Part shown: positions 45,833 through 54,248 of the stretch, in pieces
Layout: each line of letters begins with the position of its first letter
How positions within the stretch are numbered: the stretch's first letter is position 1
NCBI GenBank assembly: GCA_947447995.1
Contig: CANFLQ010000003.1
Span: 2,742-66,741 of the forward strand
DNA from: Bacteroidota bacterium
GTDB lineage: Bacteria; Bacteroidota; Bacteroidia; 2-12-FULL-35-15
Direction of reading: 5' to 3'
Length of the DNA: 64,000 bases
Notes under the pieces: model-generated
Told to the model about the DNA's origin: nothing
Database searches by the model: none
The model's input: only the letters and a program-made list of their open reading frames with translations
Position numbers and translations under genes: made by a program

Positions 45833-46390
45833 TTAGTAAAATTTTTTTTCGTTTTTTAAGTGTTGGAAGGATTCGATATTTCGATATTTTATAATTTTAT
45901 GAGGATTTCCTCCAATAACGGCATAATCGGGTATATCTTTTGTTACAACAGTACCAGCTGCAACAACAACCCCTTCACCAATTGTTACTCCAGGAACAAT
46001 TGTAACATTTGAACCACACCAAACAAAATCTTTTATTATAACAGGTGCTTCAATTTCAATATCATCATATGGTATTGAATTTAAGTTTTCATAGTTGTGA
46101 TTGGTTGAAAATATTGTTAATCCTCTACCAGTATGAAAATATCTACCAATGCTCACTCCTCCAGAACAATCAATGAATGTATCAGATTTTAAATGGCTAG
46201 TGTTGTCAATTGAAAATTTCTTAATATCTCCTGCAATGGTAAATCCGCCGTTCCCTTGGTTTATAAAATTTAAGTTAATCCCTTCTTGTCTTAAACGCAT
46301 TTCTTGACAAGATTCCAATAGATATTTCAATTTATTGATTAAAATATCTATATTAAAAATCAAAAACAGCTTAATAATTATCCGTCTCAT
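45833..46390 (-). CDS. Hexapeptide-repeat (LbH) O-acetyltransferase
   Basis: The C-terminal half is WCGSNVTIVPGVTIGEGVVVAAGTVVTKDIPDYAVIGGNPHKIIK, like maltose/galactoside acetyltransferases. Confidence 0.85.
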   Translation of the reverse strand: MRRIIIKLFLIFNIDILINKLKYLLESCQEMRLRQEGINLNFINQGNGGFTIAGDIKKFSIDNTSHLKSDTFIDCSGGVSIGRYFHTGRGLTIFSTNHNYENLNSIPYDDIEIEAPVIIKDFVWCGSNVTIVPGVTIGEGVVVAAGTVVTKDIPDYAVIGGNPHKIIKYRNIESFQHLKNEKKFY

Positions 46391-46393
46391 TAT

Positions 46394-47671
46394 TTATTGT
46401 AGTTTTTCTAATTTAGAAAGTTCTTTATTAGTGAAATAATAAGTTAATGAGGCTAGAAGAATAAAAGAAATTAAATTTCCTAGTGCTGGTGCTTTAATAT
46501 CAAACCAAGGGATTAATATTATCCCTGTAATTAAACAACTTAAAGCAGATAAACTCATTATAACCGATTTTAAATTATTCAGTTTAAGATAATCGATTAC
46601 TAAACCAACAATTTGATACATCCCAAAAAAGGCTTGAGCCATTGTTAAAATACAAATAACCCATTTAGATGCTAAATACTTTTCTCCAAAAAAATAAGGT
46701 AAAAAAAACAAAACAGCTATACATATAGACAATGCTAATACCAAAATTAAAACAGTATATATTTTAAATAATTTCAATATAAATTTTTTATCCTGTTTTT
46801 CATTCAAAGCTTTATAAATAAGTGGGGCTATTACTTTAGCCATAGTGCCGTTGATGGTCATTACAAATCCACTAATTCCAGCACCGGCTGAATAAATCCC
46901 TACATCTTCGATTGTAAGATAGTGCAGAAGAATAAATCGATCCGATTGGTTTATAACCCAGCCAGCTATTGCTCCAATCCATATTGTCATTCCATATTTT
47001 AAAAAACATTTCCATTCTATTTTATTTGCAGTAATTTTAAATTTCTTGCCGATATCGCTAAAATAGGCTAATCTTAAAAACAAAAAAAAACCTTCGGAAA
47101 TAAGAAAAGAAAGAACTCTTCCTTCCCAATTAAAATTGAAAATTGAAATTAATATATAGGTTATTAATAGAGATAAAGCACTGGTACCAAAATTTAAAAT
47201 TCCAAATTGGGTTGCTTTGCTTTTTTGTATTAATTCACTGTTGTGAATGGAAGATAACAGAAGTAGAAATCCATAAATAATAGAAAAATGTACAATTGAA
47301 TTATATTCGCCCCAGAGACTTGTAAAAGCAAACGCGAGTAGTTCAAAAAGCAAAAACAGTGCAATGCAAAAAGTTAAAAAATTATTTCGAAAATAAACAT
47401 ACTTTTCATACGAATAATTTACAATGTTGATTTGAATTAGTCCTATTGCCTGAAATGATAAAAAACTAGGCATTAAAAATGAGATGCTAATGAATATACC
47501 TAAATGTCCATACCCAGATTCAGGTAATGTATGCGTAAGATACGAAATGGAAGAAATAGAAATAACAGCTGATAAAATAGTGAATATATAATAATTCAAA
47601 AAACTAAAAAGTAATTTCTTATTTATCTTAATTGAATTAACCAGCTTTTTGATTTTAAATTGGTAACTCAT
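46394..47671 (-). CDS. wzx: Wzx-type oligosaccharide flippase (MOP superfamily)
   Basis: 425 aa with about 12 TM helices. Its position in the locus fits, and its stop overlaps the next gene. Confidence 0.8.
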   Translation of the reverse strand: MSYQFKIKKLVNSIKINKKLLFSFLNYYIFTILSAVISISSISYLTHTLPESGYGHLGIFISISFLMPSFLSFQAIGLIQINIVNYSYEKYVYFRNNFLTFCIALFLLFELLAFAFTSLWGEYNSIVHFSIIYGFLLLLSSIHNSELIQKSKATQFGILNFGTSALSLLITYILISIFNFNWEGRVLSFLISEGFFLFLRLAYFSDIGKKFKITANKIEWKCFLKYGMTIWIGAIAGWVINQSDRFILLHYLTIEDVGIYSAGAGISGFVMTINGTMAKVIAPLIYKALNEKQDKKFILKLFKIYTVLILVLALSICIAVLFFLPYFFGEKYLASKWVICILTMAQAFFGMYQIVGLVIDYLKLNNLKSVIMSLSALSCLITGIILIPWFDIKAPALGNLISFILLASLTYYFTNKELSKLEKLQ

Positions 47672-48384
47672 TATACATTGTATTTTATTATTGCTTCGAT
47701 TATTTCCTGATAAACAAGTTGATTTCCTAAAGTATTCGGATGGTACCCATCTTCGTATATTTCTTCTTTGTATTTTCTACAATCTAATGGAGTTATCACT
47801 TTAACAAAAGAATGTTTTTTTGAAAAATCAGATATTAATTCATTGTATTTTTCTACATTAATTCCCACTTCTTTGTTCTTTCTTACCATCGCTTCACTTG
47901 GGTAAGGTATTGAAATCAAAATTAAAAGGCTAAGTTCAATAAAAGAGCATCTTTCAATATATTTTTTTAAATTTTCAACAAACTGATTTTGGGAAACAAC
48001 AGTATTTGTCACTTTCCTTTTTCTAATTTTCTTAATAATATTTATATATTTTTTTTTTGATGATTCTGCTAATATTTTCAAGACTAGTTTATCAAAATTA
48101 TTTAGTAATCGAGGGGAGCAATCAACAATACCTAGTTGAATTATAACTATACTTGGGTTATAAAATTCCAAACAATCGGCTCCTAATGGTAATTTATCAA
48201 TTCCTTCAGTTCCTCCACCTTCAGTAACTAATATATTTGTGGAAATAGAACGTCTAAAAATACTGTTAAAATCATTATTGGGTAACGCTTGTTTAAGTTT
48301 AAAAAACCATGTATCTTCATAGGCATTCATATGCCCAGGAAGTGAAGTAGAGTCTCCAATACATAGAATTTTATTATTTTTCAT
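47671..48384 (-). CDS. SGNH/GDSL-family hydrolase (esterase or acyl-transfer domain)
   Basis: Block I is ILCIGDSTS and block V is EDGYHPN (DxxH). 237 aa with no signal peptide. Confidence 0.75.
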   Translation of the reverse strand: MKNNKILCIGDSTSLPGHMNAYEDTWFFKLKQALPNNDFNSIFRRSISTNILVTEGGGTEGIDKLPLGADCLEFYNPSIVIIQLGIVDCSPRLLNNFDKLVLKILAESSKKKYINIIKKIRKRKVTNTVVSQNQFVENLKKYIERCSFIELSLLILISIPYPSEAMVRKNKEVGINVEKYNELISDFSKKHSFVKVITPLDCRKYKEEIYEDGYHPNTLGNQLVYQEIIEAIIKYNV

Positions 48385-48442
48385 ATTGTTTAATTATGTT
48401 GAAATCGAGAATACTTTTACCATTTGCTAGAATAGTTAATTA

Positions 48443-49396
48443 TCAACTTTTATATCCTGCAATTTTTTCGTAGAATTCAAAATTTGCTTGATGTTCTTCT
48501 ATTGTACAAATTAGATTAGAATCTATTCTTTTCAAAAATGCTTCTGTTTGTAAATAAAGCCCTGGTTTAAAATTTATATCTATGTCGTATGGTTTATCCA
48601 TTTCCTCTATTGCAATAGATCCCAATTTTTGTATTGACAACTTCTCCATAGGTTTTAAATAAATTCTATGTTTTAAAGTTAAAATTTCAATACTCCAACG
48701 TCCTGCAGATTCCCAATTAGAATGGTATGAAAAAGGAATGTCATTTATGGTTATTCCGCTTCCGCAAAATATAGAACCGGAAGTGTGCCATTTTATATTG
48801 TTTCCTTTTATTATAGTACTTATTTCTTTAGGTCTTCCTGCTAAATGAAAGACCGTATCAATAACATGTGACGAATTTCCAATTAAGAATTTATCTAGAA
48901 CATGTGGCAAAAATTTATCTTGGTCAATTGTATGTATCCATTCTGTAAATTCAAAATGAATTGACGAAATTCCACCATCTTGTTCTATTAAATTTCTCGC
49001 ATATTTTAGTGATTGATAAAACCGTCTATTGTATGCAACAAGTAATCGAACATTACCGTTACTTGCGAGTGTTTTTAAATCGTCTATTTCTTTTTGGCAT
49101 AGCCCAGCAGGTTTCTCCGTTAAAATATTTTTTGCTCCATTAATAATAAATGCTTTTGCTGCCTGATAGCCTGTTTCTAATGACGAAGCAATTATTACGT
49201 TATCTAAAGGTTTATAATTTTGGAGATATAACTCATAGCCACCTTCATAAGTCTTGACGTTAGGATAGATTTTTTTAAATTCATTTAATTTCTCAGGTCT
49301 GTTTCCAATAATTTCAAAGCTGATATTTTGTGCCTGTAATACTTTAGCATATTCTAATGCCATGTATCCACTTCCTACTATTAAGACTTTATTCAT
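48443..49396 (-). CDS. Gfo/Idh/MocA-family NAD(P) oxidoreductase
   Basis: N-terminal Rossmann VLIVGSGYMALEYA and the family motif LTEKPAG. Confidence 0.8.
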   Translation of the reverse strand: MNKVLIVGSGYMALEYAKVLQAQNISFEIIGNRPEKLNEFKKIYPNVKTYEGGYELYLQNYKPLDNVIIASSLETGYQAAKAFIINGAKNILTEKPAGLCQKEIDDLKTLASNGNVRLLVAYNRRFYQSLKYARNLIEQDGGISSIHFEFTEWIHTIDQDKFLPHVLDKFLIGNSSHVIDTVFHLAGRPKEISTIIKGNNIKWHTSGSIFCGSGITINDIPFSYHSNWESAGRWSIEILTLKHRIYLKPMEKLSIQKLGSIAIEEMDKPYDIDINFKPGLYLQTEAFLKRIDSNLICTIEEHQANFEFYEKIAGYKS

Positions 49397-49402
49397 TCTT
49401 TT

Positions 49403-50383
49403 TTAGGTTAAAGGACAAGTGTCCGTTGATATTTTTAATGAATTGTTATAGAATTCTAGTAGAGATGAAATATACGAAATATGCATTTTTGCAGAGTCAT
49501 CAAATGACGTTAATCCACAATTTCCTTTTAAAAGGATTTCTTGAGTGACGTCTCCTGTAAGATCACTTTGAAAAAAAACTTTCAATTTTTTATTTTCCCA
49601 TTTCCAATTATTTTCTAATAAGGACATTTTAAAATCTCCATTTGTTTCATCAATTATAAAAATGGACTTTTCTCCCATAATAGTTATAATATGAGGTGCT
49701 GTAGACCCGTTTCGGGCATTAATAATAATTTCACTTCCATTGCTCTGTTCTCCTTGAAGTGTACCTGTAAATTCAACAAAACCCATTCTTTTACTATCGT
49801 GTACTACTTTATCAAGATGGGAAGTGGATAACTTAAAATCATAATTATCATTTAGATACGCTAAAAAGTCTATGAAATGAATTCCATTGCTTCCTAGCCC
49901 CCAATTTCCACCAGTTAACAAAAACGTTAATTTCTCATTTTTTGAAATGTGTTTTTTTATTTCTGCATAATCAGGAAATAATCTTCTTGGGCAATTTATC
50001 CAGGCTTTTATATTGTTCTTTCTAAGGAGACTCTTAATTAATTCATAATCTGCAATCTTTTGGAACAATACTTTTTCAAATATAATTGCCTTTACCTTCT
50101 TTTTTTGTATTATTTGATAGGTTGCAAAAGCTCTTACATTTGAATTGGTTGCAATAATGCATAAATCAATATTTTCATTCAAGTTTTCTATTGAGTTTAT
50201 GAATTTAATATTTTTTATATTTTCATTATCGCCAATTTCCTTATACCTTTCTTTTGCAATTAATAATGACTCCTCGTTTGGATCTACTACCTCTATATTT
50301 ACTGGAAGATTTATTTTTTTTAAACCTTGTAAGTGCCTACTTCCTAATTGACCAGCACCTATTAATGCTATATTATAAACCAT
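49403..50383 (-). CDS. Gfo/Idh/MocA-family NAD(P) oxidoreductase
   Basis: IALIGAGQLGSRH Rossmann and an EKV variant of the EKP motif (IIFEKVLF). Confidence 0.75.
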   Translation of the reverse strand: MVYNIALIGAGQLGSRHLQGLKKINLPVNIEVVDPNEESLLIAKERYKEIGDNENIKNIKFINSIENLNENIDLCIIATNSNVRAFATYQIIQKKKVKAIIFEKVLFQKIADYELIKSLLRKNNIKAWINCPRRLFPDYAEIKKHISKNEKLTFLLTGGNWGLGSNGIHFIDFLAYLNDNYDFKLSTSHLDKVVHDSKRMGFVEFTGTLQGEQSNGSEIIINARNGSTAPHIITIMGEKSIFIIDETNGDFKMSLLENNWKWENKKLKVFFQSDLTGDVTQEILLKGNCGLTSFDDSAKMHISYISSLLEFYNNSLKISTDTCPLT

Positions 50384-50427
50384 TATCTATTACGTTGTTT
50401 AATTACTTAAATTTATTAAATTATACC

Positions 50428-51267
50428 TTAACTTTTTCCAAACTTCTTTAATACAAAAAATTTAAAGACCTTAAACACATCTTTGAAATTTGAACCGGCA
50501 AAGGGTTTGTAAAATTTATAAAAATCAGCGGTATTTACAGATTTGGTATTGGATTTAACTCCATTTCTAAATAATTCAATATTATCCAAAACTTTAGTAG
50601 TCAATCTGGAACTGGATAGAAGGATTTCTGCAGAAACATCATTTGGATTTGCAATTACATATTCAGCAGGTAAAAAATCGAACATTAAAGATACTCTTGT
50701 GTCATTACAAACACACTTACTATGATACCCGATGGTGTTGATTAAAAATAATGTTCCATTTGGCTTATTGCAAATAACAATTTCATCCTTGTGTTGCTCT
50801 AAATAACCTTTTGGAGGAAAAGGTTCTTTGATTTTCAACACCTGTGAGCCTGTTACATATTTAAAAGCTCCACTATTCAAATCTCCTCCTTCAATAACTA
50901 TTTGAGCTCTAATTAATCCTCCATTCCTTAAATCAGAATGCCAAACTAATTCCTTATTATTTTTATTTTCATGGTATAAGGCAACATGAGCAAACTTGTA
51001 ATTTTTATAACCTAATTTCTCAATTTCTATAGCAATATCAATGGCAACCTCTAATAAATTAACACTTTCAATTATAACAGTAGGATTCGGAATTTCTAAA
51101 ACAAATTTACTTAACCTTATTGCATAACCGGGACCCAATAATTTTGTAAATGAAAACAATTTATTACATTCTGTTCTTAATGCCTCTATTTGTTCTTTGC
51201 TAAGGAATTTAAAATTTGTTTGGAGTCCATCTTGGATAAAATTGAGCTCTTTTTGATTTACTTTCAT
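50428..51267 (-). CDS. Fe(II)/2-oxoglutarate-dependent oxygenase-like protein (PhyH-like)
   Basis: HxD in VWHSDLRNG, a distal His in TIGYHSK, and RxS in DTRVSLMFDF about 10 residues later. This is the facial-triad plus 2OG-anchoring pattern. Confidence 0.6.
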   Translation of the reverse strand: MKVNQKELNFIQDGLQTNFKFLSKEQIEALRTECNKLFSFTKLLGPGYAIRLSKFVLEIPNPTVIIESVNLLEVAIDIAIEIEKLGYKNYKFAHVALYHENKNNKELVWHSDLRNGGLIRAQIVIEGGDLNSGAFKYVTGSQVLKIKEPFPPKGYLEQHKDEIVICNKPNGTLFLINTIGYHSKCVCNDTRVSLMFDFLPAEYVIANPNDVSAEILLSSSRLTTKVLDNIELFRNGVKSNTKSVNTADFYKFYKPFAGSNFKDVFKVFKFFVLKKFGKS

Positions 51268-51381
51268 TTATTTTTGAGTTTTTAATATAAATAAGTTACA
51301 ACCTTTAATAAATCGGTATAGAACTAATGTAGTTCTAATATTTTATACCACACTAAACCCATTGCGCTATAACTTGTTGGT

Positions 51382-52122
51382 TCATATAGCAGTCCAGCCA
51401 CCATCAACTAACAAATTATGTCCTGTAACGTATGAAGCTTCGTCAGAAAGTAAATAATGGACAGCTGAAACAATATCTTTTGAAGTTCCCATTCTTCTAA
51501 GGGGAACTTTTTTATTATAATTGATTACAAATGACTCTGGTTGTTTATTATCAAATATCCCCCCAGGTGAAATAGTATTAACCCTCACTTGGTATGGACC
51601 ATAATAAGCAGCTAAATATCGGGTTAAATTATTAAGCCCTCCTTTAATTGCAGAATACGCAGCTGGCATGGTCATTTCAGTTCCGTCATAAACAGTAAAA
51701 TCTGGAGCAATTATTCCGTAGATGGAAGACATATTAATTAGTGAACCCAATTGTTGTTTTTTCATTTCCTCTAACACTATTTTGCAGCAAAGAAAATATC
51801 CATTCAAATGCATATCCACATTCTGACGCCAAGAATCAATTGTAATATTTTCAAATTTATTTCCCCAATCTTTAGTTCTTGGATAAGCGTTATTTAACCA
51901 TCCGTCTATCCGTCCATATTTTTTTACTATAATCCCCACTACTGAATTTACTGAATTTTCATTTGTTATATCCATTACATAATCATGCGATGTTTGATTT
52001 TCAAAAAACAAATCAACACCAATTGCTTGAGCACCTTCATTTCTTAAAGAAGTGACAATTTCTCGACCAAGTAGCCCATTACTACCTGTAATAACAATAA
52101 CTTTATCTTTAACTGAAAACAT
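51382..52122 (-). CDS. ptmA: Short-chain dehydrogenase/reductase, PtmA-like (flagellin modification protein A type)
   Basis: VITGSNGLLGRE (TGxxxGxG), NNAYPR and a catalytic YSAIK (YxxxK). Confidence 0.7.
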   Translation of the reverse strand: MFSVKDKVIVITGSNGLLGREIVTSLRNEGAQAIGVDLFFENQTSHDYVMDITNENSVNSVVGIIVKKYGRIDGWLNNAYPRTKDWGNKFENITIDSWRQNVDMHLNGYFLCCKIVLEEMKKQQLGSLINMSSIYGIIAPDFTVYDGTEMTMPAAYSAIKGGLNNLTRYLAAYYGPYQVRVNTISPGGIFDNKQPESFVINYNKKVPLRRMGTSKDIVSAVHYLLSDEASYVTGHNLLVDGGWTAI

Positions 52123-52127
52123 ATTTT

Positions 52128-54200
52128 TTAATTATATTTACGAAATACAGGCTTAATAATTGGTGATTTTAAATATTTTTCAATACCATTTTCCAATGCG
52201 TATTTGTATATACTTAATGAGGCTTTAACTGCTGACAAGGTTAAATCTAACTCTGGTTCCTGATGAGCATAAGATACGGCAATATAAGGCATCATAACTC
52301 CCTGATTGATCATTTCCTGAGCAAATAAAGTACGCATAGCTAAAGATACATTCCCTTCTTTGTCTTTAGTAACATAGTTGGGAGAACAAGAATACCCTTC
52401 AACATAAAAATAATCATTAATTCCTAAATCTTTAGCAATGTTGTTCATTCCGTTTACAAGTTTTTCTCCATAAGTCCAGAAATGTTCTACAACTTTATCT
52501 CTTTGTAAAATTTCCATTGTTTTTATAAAAGCACCCAATCCACACATTTCTGCACCATGAGTTGTAGATGTTAAAAATATTCTTTCCTTACCTTCTTCTA
52601 AAATCCCTCCTAACTGCATGATTTCTCTTTTACCAGCAAGTGCCGCCACGGCAAAACCATTAGCCATAGCTTTACCAAAAGTACATAAATCAGGCTCTAC
52701 ACCAAAATAGGTTTGAGCACCTTGAAAATGCCAACGGAAGCCTGTAATCATTTCATCCAAAATAAACACCGTATTATTTTTTTTACATAAGTTCTTTACT
52801 TGATGTAAAAAATCATCCTTAGGACCAACAGAAGTTGCGGCCTCTAACATAACGCCTGCAATTTGATTAGGGTATTTGTCAAATAATTGTTCTAAAGAAT
52901 TTAAGTTATTGTAATTAAATTTTAAAGTTAAAGTCCTTAATTCTTCAGGAATTCCCCTTTGTATAACAGTAGAACCTATAAACCAATCATCAAATGAGAA
53001 GAATGGGTGTTCTGCTGCTACTACAATATATTTTCGCCCCGTATAAGCTCTTGCTAGTTTCATTGCAGCAGATGTCACATTTGACCCATGTTTTGCAAAT
53101 TTAACCATATCTACCGATGGTATAATTTCCGCTAATAACTCTGCCGCTTTTAACTCTGTTAAGGATGCTCGAGTAAGATTGTTTCCTTTTAAAATCTCTT
53201 GGTAACAAGCATCGGCGATTTCTTTATTAGCATAACCAATATTAACAGAACGTAAGCCCATCCCATAATCTAAATATTTTTCACCATCTGGGCTAAACAC
53301 GTATGCGCCTTCCCCTCTTTCAAGAATAGCAGGTGCATTTGAAGGAAATTGATCATCGCCCCTGGAATAAGTGTGGGCTCCACCTGGAATTACATGATGC
53401 AACCTCTCCTTAAATGTAATCATATTCTTATTTTTAAAATTCATATTATTTTCTTGACTGATTAAAGTATTAAAATTTGACCAATAGATAGTATTTAAGT
53501 GGGAATTGATTTTATAAATCTTATTTTCAATTACAAAATTAATAACATCATTATCTGAAATTTTACCTGGATTCAAATTATTTTGTTCAATAAGTTGCTT
53601 TAAAAACTTTATATCATCTGGATAATCGCAGGTAAACCTTAAATGTTCTTCTTTTTGGTAATCTCCCAACTGGAGAGTTTTAACTTTATTAAGATCAAAT
53701 ATTCTACCCCAACCTGTTTCCAAAAAAGAAGTTTCAGCAATATTATTCAATACATTTTTCAAAAATAACGATGAATATCCAAAAACATTCATTCCTAAGG
53801 GTAAACCTATAGTTTTTACTAGATCTTCCCCTTCATTAAGTGCATTATATATACTTTTTATGGCTACAGTAGATATAAACACATTATCTCCATCAATAGA
53901 AATAATATTATTAAATCCTAAATCATCCGTACAATTTAATTCTCTATAAGGTATATTATGAACATTACCATAATATACAGAAACTGGATAATCAAAATGA
54001 ATCTCTTCAAATTTTCTATTCTCTATTTCATCAGAAGTACATATAATTATTTTGCATTTTTGTTTTATTAATTCCTCTGATAATGCAAAACCTACTCTAT
54101 TTACAATATGCTCAATAATTTTTTTACCCTTAATTTCAATAAGATGCTTACCAGGCAATCTATATGATCCTAATCTTGCGATTATTAAAACACCTACCAT
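52128..54200 (-). CDS. Fusion protein: N-terminal CTP_transf_3 cytidylyltransferase-like domain plus C-terminal class-III (glutamate-1-semialdehyde aminomutase-like) PLP aminotransferase
   Basis: Residues 1 to about 250 are paralogous to ORF 54249-55001 (IIARLGSYRLPGKHL, ISIDGDN, LETGWGRIF). Residues from about 265 to 690 carry VIPGGAHTYSRG, FILDEMITGFR and the PLP-Lys context DLCTFGKAMANGF. It is a single uninterrupted 690-aa frame. Confidence 0.8.
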   Translation of the reverse strand: MVGVLIIARLGSYRLPGKHLIEIKGKKIIEHIVNRVGFALSEELIKQKCKIIICTSDEIENRKFEEIHFDYPVSVYYGNVHNIPYRELNCTDDLGFNNIISIDGDNVFISTVAIKSIYNALNEGEDLVKTIGLPLGMNVFGYSSLFLKNVLNNIAETSFLETGWGRIFDLNKVKTLQLGDYQKEEHLRFTCDYPDDIKFLKQLIEQNNLNPGKISDNDVINFVIENKIYKINSHLNTIYWSNFNTLISQENNMNFKNKNMITFKERLHHVIPGGAHTYSRGDDQFPSNAPAILERGEGAYVFSPDGEKYLDYGMGLRSVNIGYANKEIADACYQEILKGNNLTRASLTELKAAELLAEIIPSVDMVKFAKHGSNVTSAAMKLARAYTGRKYIVVAAEHPFFSFDDWFIGSTVIQRGIPEELRTLTLKFNYNNLNSLEQLFDKYPNQIAGVMLEAATSVGPKDDFLHQVKNLCKKNNTVFILDEMITGFRWHFQGAQTYFGVEPDLCTFGKAMANGFAVAALAGKREIMQLGGILEEGKERIFLTSTTHGAEMCGLGAFIKTMEILQRDKVVEHFWTYGEKLVNGMNNIAKDLGINDYFYVEGYSCSPNYVTKDKEGNVSLAMRTLFAQEMINQGVMMPYIAVSYAHQEPELDLTLSAVKASLSIYKYALENGIEKYLKSPIIKPVFRKYN

Positions 54201-54248
54201 TTTTTTCTTCTCCTAATAGTCAACTATCGTTTAAGTTTTCAATTTTTT

